From assembly GCA_002245135.1 (NCBI GenBank), contig NGBS01000003.1, positions 1-64,000 of the forward strand: a stretch of 64,000 nt of DNA. Reading direction: 5' to 3'. Under the pieces are notes generated by a model. It saw only the letters and a list, made by a program, of their open reading frames with translations, was not told the origin of the DNA and did no database searches. Every line of letters starts with the position of its first letter. The first letter of the stretch is position 1. Shown here piece after piece: positions 14,122 to 26,674 of the stretch. The stretch is from Proteromonas lacertae. Its lineage: Eukaryota. Made by a program: the position numbers and the translations under genes.

Positions 14122-14720
14122 TTAATTATGTAACACAGTCATTGATTCATTATGGATAATTAATCTTATAAAGAACGTAAAAAGATCAGTAATATTGTTA
14201 TATTTACAGGAAAAATCAATATACTTATATTCTTGGAATGTTTTTCTCATTTCATCTTTTGTAACGATTCTATCTCTCCTATCACTTTTATTTCCTATTA
14301 TTACTATTGGAACATTTGGACTGTATTGTTTAAATATTTCAATCCACTTAAGTATTACAATTTGACTGTTTTTATCAGTCAAATCAACAACTCCAACTCC
14401 TAACGCAGAATTACGAAATAACATTTGTTGTATATATGTTTCTAAACTACCAGCAGCTGAATCCCAGAGTTGTAATCTATAAATCATTTATTATTATATA
14501 TAAATGTACTGAATATTTTTAGTTTTATTGGAGTATTTTGCCATTATTTCTTTTACAACATAAGGAGCATTTAAAGAAATTGAAGAATTATCAGAAAATG
14601 AATTTGTCATATATTTATGAATTATACTAGTCTTTCCTACTAATCTATCACCAAAAAAGTTGATTTTGTATATAGGAATAAAAGAAAGCTTCAATTCTTC
14701 ATCTGCAGGTTTTAATGTCT
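14122..14720 (-). CDS. Divergent Rab-like small GTPase (5' end uncertain)
   Basis: G1 GDRLVGKT, G3-like WDSAAG, G4 GNKSD, and an intron near 14489-14525. Confidence 0.7.
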
Positions 14721-14923
14721 ATCATATACCTTAATAAAATAATATACTAATAATTTAGTAACTTTTGAAGAGCTTGTACCCATTACTTCTTGAGCATTTC
14801 AATAAAATAAATTTCTCAAAACTTGATAGAAAGCTTGAAGGTAAAACAAAATGTATAGTTATTTTCACTTTTCTATAAAAATCAATAAAAACTCTCGAAA
14901 CTTCTTTTTGGATTTTATCAATT

Positions 14924-15564
14924 ATGCAATCATTCACAAGAGCTGTATTGTTTATATTTATATAGATTTACTAGGCTAGATATTTCAGTAGTGCTGCTGG
15001 AAAAGTATTCACTAATTGCAAATTATATTATTTAAAATAGCATTACAGAATCCTTGGCATTAACCACATTGCTATTGGTGCTCCAGAAAAAGCTGCTTTA
15101 CAAAAACTTTGGACTGAAACATTTGGTTTAACCTACATCAAAACCTTCAAAGTATTTAATTAATTGAATCTAATGTTTTAGAGTGCACGTGAAAACGTTG
15201 ATGAAGATGTTTTAAGATGTGGTAAAGGACCACTTGCAGTAGAAGTTGATATTATGCAACCAGTAGATCCAGCTAAAGTATGATTTATAACTTATGAAAA
15301 ATATAATAGAAACCATTAGTAAACAAACCACCACTTAACCACTTAGGTTTATGGGTAGATGACATTAAATTAGCAGTAAAAGAAATGACTGAAGCTGGTG
15401 TAAGATTTGATGGCAAAGGTATTAGACCAGGTGCTATGGGATATGATATTGCATTTGTACATCCAAAAGGAAACGAAAAATCACCAATTGGAGGAAATGG
15501 TGTTTTAATTGAATTAGTCCAAGCTCCACCAGAAGTTATTGCTGCCTTTGATAAACTCGAATAA
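14924..15564 (+). CDS. VOC/glyoxalase-fold protein, likely methylmalonyl-CoA epimerase, with a mitochondrial-type presequence
   Basis: Spliced translation [17 protein letters not shown]...INHIAIGAP...ENVDEDVL...[11 protein letters not shown]...IAFVHPKG...GVLIELVQ, with four short introns. Missed by the ORF track. Confidence 0.75.
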
Positions 15565-15668
15565 AGTATTTGATAGTTATCTAATCTGATTTAAAATTTT
15601 CTATTGATTTGGGTGAAAAAAAAAGCGTAAATTTTCTCAGTTTACTTTTCTTTTTATTATTTAGTGTA

Positions 15669-16434
15669 ATGTCAATTAAAGTAATTCATGGCAATAGTAA
15701 CTGTAGTTTTTGCTCAAAAGAGATTCGGTTTGGTGATTTTTTGGTTGCATCAAGTGATAGACAAATATGGTATATATTAGGATTATACAATTAGTTCTTC
15801 TTGTTATAACAATATAATAATGAAAGAAAACGACCCAGATAATCTCTGTCGCAAAATATCTTCTCTAAATATACCTTTCACAATTTACACTTCGTATCAG
15901 CAGATAATATTGTTATACCTAAATAGTAGTGATGGTAATAATACTATAAATGGCAGTGTTGCAAATAAAGTAAGTTCAACTTCAAATATTAAAATAAACC
16001 AAGCTGACTATACTTTTACAAGATTGATAACAGAACATAAACATATAAAAACTAAGAATAATGAAGATAATAATTGTCCCAGCGTTAAGTGCAAGATTGT
16101 AGACATGAAATCAATAATGCAACACAAATATCATCTGGAAGCAAAATACATGCAGAGATATTGTAATTTAGTGAATGAAATTGATGAGATGAAAAAGAAA
16201 TATGACAAGGCAAGATTAGTTATTAATTATTTGAAGAATCAAAATCTTGAATTAACTTCGCATATCACTAAGTTAAATGAAAAACAAATGAATACATCTA
16301 ATGAATGTGATTCGCTGAATGTGATGTTGCAATTAGCATATCTAGAACAAGTATTAATATCGTTATGTTCTATTCTATAGGAGAATGAAAGACTTTCGAA
16401 AGAAAATTATAAAATAAAACAACTTTTACAATAA
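15669..16434 (+). CDS. Protein with an N-terminal Cys-rich (degenerate RING-like) region and a coiled coil
   Basis: CSFC...CSSC across an intron, with a heptad-rich C-terminal half. Confidence 0.5.
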
Positions 16435-16581
16435 ATTTGTCAATTCCTTTCTATTTTACATAATATAATAGTCACTAATGCATTATAATAGTAAATTACT
16501 CTTTTGATGTTTTTTAGGACAATCTAAGAATTATTATTTTTCTATTATTTTGTCAGTTTTTACATCAAATATAACATTTTG

Positions 16582-17489
16582 ATGGAAGAATCATCTCCAA
16601 ACACTTGCAAAATATGTTTCATAGAACAGGATAATAATAATAAGCATGTCTTAAGGTGTATGCACTGGATTTGGTATAATTAACAATTATTGTGAATAGT
16701 AATGATTGTTATCAAAATATGATAGATAGTGGTCAGAATAGATGTCCTATTTGCCGTGAAGATATAGAAGGTGATGATAATGCGAATGACTTTGTCGATG
16801 AAGATATTATACAACCTAATGTAGAGTATTCAGATGAAATAGATATTCCAGATGAATTAGTTGCCATAGAAAGCGAATTAGAAGATTCAATTAGAGATTT
16901 AAAGTATAGTATGTCCAAAGAAGAATATATAAATCTACTACAAGAGCAAGCCATTGAATTACAATCAATGAAGATGCACCAGAATGAAAGAAAAGAAAGA
17001 CCAAAATCTTTACCCCAACCAATACCATTATATTCAAACAATATAAATCATTTACCTCCTCCTCGTTATATATTTCCACCACCACCACCACCGCAACATC
17101 AACTACACACTAAACCTGATAAAAGAGTTCATCTACCAATGCCACAACAATTACAACATCCACCTCCACCAATACGAAGAAGTAATAATATTAGAGTAGA
17201 AAATAGTCATGTGTTAGGAAGAGGATCACATCCTTTAGCTGATAAAATAGATCAGGAAGAATTACAAAGATTGAAAGATGAAAATAAAAGACTGGGAGAA
17301 GAAAAGAAGAGATTATTGAAATCATTGGCAGAAATGACTGGTGGAGAAGTTGATTTAAAAATGAGAATACATGAATTAACGAAAGAGAGAGATCAATATA
17401 TACAGTCGTTGAATAATGCAAACGAAAAGATAGGAGTATTAGAAGAAGAAAATGCTAAATTAAGAGAAAAACTAGAATGTTATGAGTAA
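16582..17489 (+). CDS. RING-HC finger protein with Pro-rich and coiled-coil regions
   Basis: CKIC...CMH.IC(intron)NDC...CPICR. Confidence 0.8.
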
Positions 17490-17766
17490 AAGAATGATTT
17501 TGTATTTACTATTTAATATTTTTTTTATTGTATGATATTATACTGTCTGTGATTTAACAATTTCAAAAATTATAATCATGTTTGGTTTCATATTCATAAT
17601 CAAATCACTACGCAACTATTATGCAAAATGAAAAAAACACGATCACGCATATTTCATTAACCTTCTATGACAATTTATCATAATAAGTGACTATGTTGAT
17701 TAACATTAAAATTGGCTTTAATTTTGTATTATTCAATTATTATATATTTTATGTAGAAAATTTTGG

Positions 17767-19506
17767 ATGCAAGTTTGGATCATCTAGTAAGATTTGTTCA
17801 TTTATGTAATATAGGTTGTAAGACAGCTATCTGCTAATATATATTCAACATTAAATGTGTGTAGAACATTAAATTCTGAATATATGTCTGTTGTTAAAGT
17901 AATTCACACAAGTGGTGTATATCAAGATAAAATTGATGAATACGTATACTTTAATAGTTATATAATTAAAATAGGAAAAGAGTTGCAACATAGTAGGAAG
18001 AAATCGTCAATACTTGTTAGGAAGTGAGATATTTAGATTTGCAGAGTATGATTCCATAATTGTATTACAACAATATTATGAAAATGGCTCAATTGAAAAC
18101 TATGATCTTTCAAATTCAAATGATTTATCAAGTCAATTATCATTGTTAATTGATATATCAAATGCACTTAGAGAATTATCTGAATTATTATTATGTCATA
18201 TTAATTTAAAACCATCAAATCTCATATTAAACAATGATGGTCATTTATTTATCAGTGATTATTGCAAAGCATTTTTATACTTAAATAATCCAAATATTTC
18301 AATTAATTCTAAAACATATGAATATTTAAGTCCAGAAATAATAAAGTGTGAAACATATAATGAAAGTAGTGATATTTGGTCTTATGGTTGTTTAATTTAT
18401 TATATCTATTATGGAATGTCTCCATTCTATAATTCTTCACTTTATAAAATGTTGAATAATATAGTTATGGTTGAATATAGGATAGTAGAAAATGAATTAC
18501 ATGAAAATGTTAATAATTTAATAAAACAGATGTTGAAAATAGACAGTAGCGATAGAATGAATATTGGTTCAATAATAACCGAATTGAATCGCATTATAAG
18601 CCAATCATTTAATCAAAATACAACTATGAATGTGAGTGAAATAAATAACATTTTGAATGAAGGTAAATGTTTAACATATAATCAATTAGAAGAAATAGGT
18701 CAGATGCAAAGTATATATATATAATTAAGTATTATAAAAATAGATATATTAATAAACATAATCAATTTATATAATTCAACAAAAGAATCAAAATATTTCT
18801 ATGTCTTAGTAAATATTTGTTTAATGTATAATAATGATAATTATCTCAAAAAATATATTACTTCTAAAATGAAATGTGAATCTCAATCAATTGATTCAAA
18901 AATACTAAATGGAATAAATGAAGGATATACGCTTTATTTAGTCTGGAAAGATATTACATTTGAGAATATCGTTAATTTATTTAATAGTTTTTATTATTTA
19001 TCAATACTCAGAGGATTATATTTGTATAATATTATTATAACAGATGAAGGTATTAAACACCTTTGTGACAATTTGAAACATTTACCAGAATTGTTAGGGT
19101 TATATTTATATAGTATAGAATACTGTTTATTTTCTTCTTTTTAGATAATGAAATAACTTCAAAAGGTGTTAAATTATTAAGTAACTACTTATTTAATATA
19201 AGTAAATTACAAGAACTCGCCATTCAGTGTATTATTTAATAATTATAATGTATATTAATAGCTGTAAATATAGGTGATGAAGGAGTAAAGTATATTAGCC
19301 AAAATTTGAAGTATTTACCCACTTTGAAAGAACTGTATTTGACAAATGATTGTATAAGTAATGATGGTGTTGAATATATAATAGAAAATATCTCAGTATG
19401 TAATAGTTTAGAGAAATTGACTTTGAGTGGTAATAATATAAAAGATATTACACTAATTAAGAAAATACAATGTAATATTAATCATGTTATTAATATTTTA
19501 TTTTAG
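17767..19506 (+). CDS. Protein-kinase-like domain (probable pseudokinase) fused to RI-type leucine-rich repeats
   Basis: CHINLKPSN, ISDYC, YLSPE and SDIWSYG; LRR units of the form LxxLYLxxNxIxDEGxxxL. Confidence 0.75.
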
Positions 19507-19599
19507 TTGATATTTTTCTTTTTTTCAATTTTCAATTCTTCTAAACAATCAAACACTTCTTCACTCATTACATTCTTTCTATCATCTCTATCATGTATT

Positions 19600-20420
19600 T
19601 ACATCTTTAGATAATACTTAGAGTTTTGTTAATATAATTTTAAATAAATATATATCACTCATTATATAAACACATCATTATTAACCCATCAAACAAATGT
19701 AAGTATAAATACAAATACAAATTACATCTATTATCAAAAATTAATCTATATCTTTACTATAAAAATCATCATAATTTGGAGGACTATCAAACTTTAGTAT
19801 AAAATCATCTTTAGTTTCTAAAGCTTTAGCGATTTTCTTTTGTCTTAATTCCAGTCTCTTTATATGCTCTCTCAAATTTCGATATTCTAATGGAGACATT
19901 ATTATTTCAATATCTAGTGGTTTTGATATATCTTTAATATTCGGTTGTTTCTTTCTTTGAGATTCTCTATCTTCCCATTCATATAATGGGCCTGTGTTTT
20001 TTTGGTGAGATAATGGAACATTTGTTATACTTTTAGAGAGTTTAACAGAACAATCTTTCTTTTGACAACGACATAAATGCTATTAATCAGAAATTTATAT
20101 TTATACATATTGTTCTTCTTCTTGAATTTGTTCAACTAATCTTCTTCTTTGTTTTAATATCATATTTTGTGTATTTTCTATTCATTTAATAGGTTTAATG
20201 TTATACTTGATAAAGAGAGTGATAAAAATGCATCAAAATCTTTTATTCTGGAAGCAAATTCCACTAATAACTGTTGTTGGGTATTAGAATCACCAGTATT
20301 AACTAAAATAGAAATTTAAGCTGTTAGCAATATACTTGCTCTTTGATATATATTAAGCGCCCTATCTACCTCATGTGGCACTGATTCCACATTAGTTCTC
20401 GTAATTTTCATCCATTTCAT
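19600..20420 (-). CDS. Hypothetical multi-exon protein (3' end uncertain)
   Basis: Open exon segments separated by short GT-AG introns. No family recognised. Confidence 0.4.
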
Positions 20421-20492
20421 TGAGTAATTTCAAAAACAATACTCAAAAAGCTCGAACTTAGTTTGAATACTAACTGTTTTTTTCATAAAAAA

Positions 20493-21446
20493 ATGTCTTA
20501 CAAAACACAGTTAGCTATTTCGCCTCCTCTACCTCCATTTAGTTGCCATCATTCAATTGATTATTCTCATTTTGGTGATGAAGTAAAGTTTGGTCCAGGT
20601 TCAAAGATATCTCCTTTAGATAATGATCCTTTTGCTATTCATAATTGCCAAGAAAGTCTATGCCATGCAAACGATACATTGAATGTTCCACAACCAGATC
20701 CTTATTCAACAATTTCATCAAAATCACCTCGTTCACCAAGATCTAGAAAATCACCAAGATCTCCAAGGTCCAATAGATCGCCGCGCAATAAATCAAAATC
20801 TCCAGATAGAAGATTAGTTGGTAATTCACCAACAAATTTTGAAGCATCTAAAAAACCTTTAAATGAAGAATATAGATCTACACAAGGATCGAATACAGCA
20901 CTTCCTAGTTATTATACACAAACACAAGTTTCAAATTTAGAGTGTGAGGTATTATTTACTTTTTATGATAGTGCTGTTGAAGTAAAATCAAAATTCCCTA
21001 AAGGAAGTATATTGTATAAGATAGTACTAAAACCAGAACATTTATCAGCAATGAAAGTTACATACCCCTTAGAATCACCAGATCAATCTTCATATGATAG
21101 TATCGGTGAAAAAATAATACCATATCTCAGGTTTGTTAGATTTAATGGTAATATTAACTTTGAAATTAGCGATAAACCCAAGAGGCAGAAACCACCAAAT
21201 GCAAAGGATTTAGAAATACAGCGTCAACCACCATTAGGAGATACATTACGAAATTATGATAATACTGAGGAAGAAAAGTTAGATTATGATGTTAATTTTA
21301 ATGAAAGGCCAGTATCTTCAAGATCACAATCAGCACGTAGTCCTTATGCTAATAGAATGGTTCCATTGGATATACCACAGCAAACTGTTACTAAATCTCC
21401 AAAATCTCCAAAATCCCCCAAATCACAAAGGAAACAATACGCTTAA
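20493..21446 (+). CDS. Hypothetical protein with SPR/SPK repeats
   Basis: Long intronless ORF with SPRSPRS and SPKSPKSPK tracts. Confidence 0.65.
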   Translation: MSYKTQLAISPPLPPFSCHHSIDYSHFGDEVKFGPGSKISPLDNDPFAIHNCQESLCHANDTLNVPQPDPYSTISSKSPRSPRSRKSPRSPRSNRSPRNKSKSPDRRLVGNSPTNFEASKKPLNEEYRSTQGSNTALPSYYTQTQVSNLECEVLFTFYDSAVEVKSKFPKGSILYKIVLKPEHLSAMKVTYPLESPDQSSYDSIGEKIIPYLRFVRFNGNINFEISDKPKRQKPPNAKDLEIQRQPPLGDTLRNYDNTEEEKLDYDVNFNERPVSSRSQSARSPYANRMVPLDIPQQTVTKSPKSPKSPKSQRKQYA

Positions 21447-21630
21447 TAAATAAATACAAACATATATATTAATTTATTTACTATATGTTATATAGTTTTT
21501 TTTTTTGCTTTTCTTATCAAATACATATACAAACAAAATATTATATATACATTATCATCAGTTATAAAAATATTAATATTATCACTATTCTACAAATTGA
21601 TAAACAAAAACAAGAAGGAAAAAAAAACAA

Positions 21631-22941
21631 CTAAAACTGAAGAGATGTTGAAACAAATCCTCTTGAATAAGTTGAATCAGATTTCATCGTTAAATCGCCA
21701 GAAAAACACCTTCTAATCAAATCAACTGAATTTTCATCCATTATATTATGAACAACCAAACACTGACACTTCTTCATATATTCATTTTTATCTTTCAATA
21801 CACAATAATCAGGAAATAACATGTAATTTAATAAATGTGGAATATTTTGGTTTGGAGGTATTAATGATCTGTTTAGAATATTTCTAATGGATTCAATTAC
21901 AAAAGTTGAGGTAATTTTCGTTTTAAACATTGGATTGGAGATGATGGAGATAATTTCATTGTATAATTGATAAACATTTATTAATTTAGTTATAGGAACA
22001 GACTAAATAATAATAATAATAGTAACAATAGAATATATATACTTGTTCATCATCTTTTGGAACTAAAATAGTAGAAACGTATGAAAATGGTGAACAATGA
22101 AAACTATAATTTAATTGAACTTTAAATTTGACAAATGATTGGAATATATCATAACAAGATAAAGGAAAATAATCATTTGGAGAAATTGTATCTAATGAAA
22201 TTATAAGCTAATATATAAATATATACGATTTGTATCTTCATAAATTTGTGTTAATAATTGATTAATATCGCATGAACTATTAGCAGAATCAAAACATTTA
22301 TTATTAAATAGAATAATTCTAAAATATTCAGGATATTTTCTTAATAATGTCATTATATGTGTCAAGTCTGGATATGGAATTTCAACATTCAGTGATATAC
22401 AACATGTTATACTATTTGGTTTTAATATATCTAAGAGTTTATTTAAATTGTTTATTATTTCTATTTCTTTTTCTTTTATAACTGTAAATGAGATATTCAA
22501 CATAATGGTATATTTTTTAAATACTATTAAATCTTCTTGTGTAAATTTCATTATATCTTCAAATAATAACTGAACATAAATAAAATGACTTGATAATAAA
22601 GCTAAACAGTTATTCAATACAGATAGTGTTGAATTTGGTTCAAGATTTTCACATAATAACTTTAACACAAATTTCTCACATAAACTATATATTACTCTAA
22701 TTTTTAATATATCGTTATGAGTTTCATGTAAACTCTTCATTTCTTTGTTGTTATTGTATGGTACATAAGTGATAAATAATGGATGATTGATCGAATTCTT
22801 AGGGTATTTTAATAATGATTCTAAATAAGGTAATGATAGGTTTATTAATGGCTTGGAAGGGATTTGTTGTTGTTGTTGTTGAAATGGTAAAGAAAGAGAA
22901 GGTGAAAAAGAAGTAGAATTAGATGGTGAAGCAGATATAGA

Positions 22942-22980
<39 letters not shown>

Positions 22981-23884
22981 TTGGTCAAATAATGTCATAT
23001 AACATAAATCATACTGTAAATCTTGTAGCTTTGTGAATAATGGAATATTACTACATAGTAAATATTCAATTTGTCCATGAATTGGACATATCTTTCTCAT
23101 ATATACTTTCTATTAATAATATATATAAACAATAATATATTATACATCTTCATTTATAAATATATGACATTTTATCCATTCAAATTGCTGTTTGGAAATA
23201 TCTTTACTACATAATAAACACAAAGAAAATGTATTATATAATAACGATGACATATCCATAGAGGATGTAGCTACTAATAAAGAAGAAGATGAGGATGAAG
23301 TTGTTCTGTCAAATATATCAAAAGCATCAGTTTTTATTGGATTAAAATGCTCTGAAGGAATTGGATCTAATAATGTAACTGGTGTTTTATCTGGTTGTTG
23401 ATATCTTTCAAAATGGAAAAAAACGAAAATATCTATATCTGTGTATATGTATTCCATTTGAAATAGATTCTATTATATGAAATGAGATTATTAATTATAT
23501 ACATCAAAATAGAATTGAAGTTGTTCTCTTCTTTGTGCTATAAACTCGTACGATAGATTTAGTAGAAATTGTTTTTTTGGAAACATGGGTAAATCCTGGT
23601 ATTTCTTTTTTATCTATAATAATTATGAAAAACGAAAATGTACCTTATTATGAAATTCCAATAGTTGACTATACCTGTAAAATAAAGTCCAATGTTGTCT
23701 GTACATATATATTTTGAAATTATACAGATTAAAATGCGCTGAGTTTACTATTTGGTTAGTTGAAAATACAAAAACTTCAATAGCATATTGCTAAAATTTT
23801 ATAAATAATTACTTATACTACATAACCTTTAGTTCTATCTGTTCCTATAACTCTAACTTTTATTTTATTACTCTGGTCAATCAT
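21631..23884 (-). CDS. PX domain fused to a degenerate radical-SAM-associated (COG1964/MJ0619-like) region
   Basis: Spliced PX motifs RYSQLLEFH, LPMFPKKQF and FIAQRREQLQFYF; then TFSLCLLC...MRKICPIHG and C-terminal HNIMDENSVDLIRRC. Confidence 0.6.
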
Positions 23885-24008
23885 GTTAAAGCAGCAAATC
23901 CGAGACAAATAATAACCTCAATTATCCAATACACTTTAAATTTGAAGATCTTTTATTGAATTAAATAAAAAAGATTGGCTTGGCTTGATAAGTTCGAACA
24001 TAAAAAAG

Positions 24009-24811
24009 ATGTTTTCTCGAATTTCAAGATCTTCTACCTGTGTAATCAGAAATATCAGAGTATTTATATCTTATGCATTAACTTATTTATTAAACGAATA
24101 GAGTTTTGCTTCACAAAGAAAAGCTTTAGTGGCAATAGCTGATGGAACTGAAGATATAGAATCAATTGCTGTAATAGATTTATTGAGAAGAGCTAATATT
24201 GATGTTACTGTTGCTTCTGTTATGAAGAATAAAACCGTAACAACTGCTCATGGTGTTAGAATTGTATGATATTGCTTATCACAATAATAGGAAGGAGATA
24301 AATTAATTGACGAAGTAAAAAATGAATCATTTGACTGTATTGTATATCCAGGAGGACTTCCAGGTGCAGTATGATTTATATATGATTGTAATAATCATAG
24401 GACAATCTCAGAGATTCAAAAGTATTAACTAAATTAATCAAAAAACAAAAAGAAAATAAGAAATTATGTGCAGCTATTTGTGCTTCACCAGCTGTTGCAT
24501 TTGAAGTATATATATATATATAATTAACATTATTATTATATAGACACATGGAATATTAAAAGGAGAGAAAGCTACCTGTTATCCTGGATTTGAGACTCAA
24601 TTTAAAACTGCAAAATTTGAAAAAGGAAAAACAGTTGTTACATCCAATAATGTTAGTATATAATACTATTTATTAATTATCTTGTTAATTAGTCACTTCA
24701 AGAGGACCTGGAACCACAATTCCTTTTGCTTTAGAGATAATTAATTATTTGGAAGGAACAAAACAAGCTCAAGAGATAGCAGATCAGATTGTATTCGAGT
24801 GGAAACATTAA
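24009..24811 (+). CDS. DJ-1/PfpI (ThiJ) family protein with a mitochondrial-type presequence
   Basis: ADGTEDIE, DLLRRA, PGGLPGA, AAICASPA, ATCYPG and TSRGPGT across short introns. Missed by the ORF track. Confidence 0.85.
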
Positions 24812-24925
24812 TTATTATTTAATAAAGAATATTTGATTGATTTACATTCTAAATGTAATTTACGAATGTAATTTACATTTTTTTTTCATTTTTGTTTTTT
24901 TGACTGATTAAAAAGAAATTTTGCT

Positions 24926-25340
24926 ATGCTTTTGGATTATTATCAAATATTAGATGTTTCTTCAAAGGCTACACAATCAGAAATTAGAGAATCATATATC
25001 ACTTTAAGTAAAAAGTACCATCCAGACAAATCAAATAATGAAGTTGATCCAGAAATATACAAACAAATACAAGAAGCATATAGTGTTCTTTCAGATGAAG
25101 AAAAGCGAAAGAAATATGATAGTCAAATAGATGGTATTATTTATCATTATCATAAATATAGCTGAGAGAGTAATACCTGATGAAACCATAAAAAAACAAG
25201 AATTAGTTGAAACAAATGGAACTTTTTCTTATACATGTCGTTGTGGTGATAAATATACATTGAGTAAAGAAGATTTAGATGAATTGCCTGTTTATGTGCA
25301 ATGTGAATCATGTAGTCTATATTTATGTGTTAATTATTAA
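24926..25340 (+). CDS. DPH4: Diphthamide biosynthesis J-protein (J domain plus CSL zinc finger)
   Basis: HPD J-domain, an intron near 25134-25161, and CRCG...CESCS. Confidence 0.85.
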
Positions 25341-25416
25341 AAGATTTTATTATTTACATCATCAAACATCATAAAACTTTAGAAAATAATCTTAATGCAT
25401 TATAATTATAAATGAG

Positions 25417-26613
25417 TTAATTTAATATTGGAGGAATTATTGTTGGAGGTGGTTTTATATTCAGTTTGTCTTGAATTAACTTTATCTTTTCTTTTATTCT
25501 TTCTTCTCTTTCATCTTTACGATATATTTTCCATTCAGATTCACATGCTGTTACGTTCTTTTCTTGCAGTCTTCTAGTATGTCTTACATAACCATCTTCA
25601 ATTTTAATAGTTGTTCTTTTCAAATATGGACTATTACCTCCTACAAAATGTGTTTCAACTTCATATATAGCTGGCAGGTTTGTATATAAATTCTTTGCAA
25701 CATATTCCCATTTAAATACACAATATTCTCTATATAAGTATATATCTGTATCAGGAATATTTGCATCAAATTGATCATATTTGCCATACATTTCAGTGTG
25801 AAACATAAATGAAATAAACATAAACCAGTTATATCCTTTATAATAATTATTATTATGAATCATTTCTAATATATTATTCTCTTTAACTGGAATGATTATT
25901 TCATCCCAATCAGCAATAATTAATGATTCTGATCTATACATATTTCTATACAAACAATCGTTATTCTTATAGATTTGACCATAATCATTACCTTTTATTT
26001 CATATTCAAAAGTGATATTCCATGTTATTACTTCAATTATTCCTAACTCTTCATAATAATTAAATACTTTTTCCACTTCTTTTGAAACATTGGTTTTGTA
26101 TATTGTAAAATGATCTACTCCATAATGTCTATATGATTCTATTGTTTGAATTACTCTATTTACTGCTGTATAATTAACTGTTTTACATATACAAACACTT
26201 AACTTATATTTATTTTCTTCTTCTGATAGTTTTGGGACTGATATACTTACCCTATTAATGATTAATTCATCAGGATATTTATCCTCAGCTACAGGAACTA
26301 GGAGATGACCATGAGGTTTTTTATTTATCATATATGGTGTGTAAGTATACTTACATACTTCAATTATGTTATTATATTTAATAAGACAAGATACATTTCC
26401 AAAATCCTGTTTGTTGTTTTGTAATATTAACCTTATTGATTCAAATCTTTCATCATAATATAAACCTGTAACCACAACATTATCATACAATACTTTATAC
26501 AACATGAGTTTTCCATAGTTGAAATTTCTATTAAATGATTTTTGTCTATATAAAAAGGTTGATAATGAAATAATTAATGCTAATAAAGTAGTAAAAGGTA
26601 TTATTACATACAT
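25417..26613 (-). CDS. Glycosyltransferase family 92 (DUF23)-like type II membrane protein, intronless
   Basis: N-terminal TM, LSVCI, YRHYGVDHFTIY, GQIYKNNDCLYR, and the DxD motif DWDE. Confidence 0.8.
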   Translation of the reverse strand: MYVIIPFTTLLALIISLSTFLYRQKSFNRNFNYGKLMLYKVLYDNVVVTGLYYDERFESIRLILQNNKQDFGNVSCLIKYNNIIEVCKYTYTPYMINKKPHGHLLVPVAEDKYPDELIINRVSISVPKLSEEENKYKLSVCICKTVNYTAVNRVIQTIESYRHYGVDHFTIYKTNVSKEVEKVFNYYEELGIIEVITWNITFEYEIKGNDYGQIYKNNDCLYRNMYRSESLIIADWDEIIIPVKENNILEMIHNNNYYKGYNWFMFISFMFHTEMYGKYDQFDANIPDTDIYLYREYCVFKWEYVAKNLYTNLPAIYEVETHFVGGNSPYLKRTTIKIEDGYVRHTRRLQEKNVTACESEWKIYRKDEREERIKEKIKLIQDKLNIKPPPTIIPPILN

Positions 26614-26674
26614 TTTTATTTATCTTCATATTTTAATATTTTTGAAACGAGTGTATTTTTGAAACTTTATAAAA

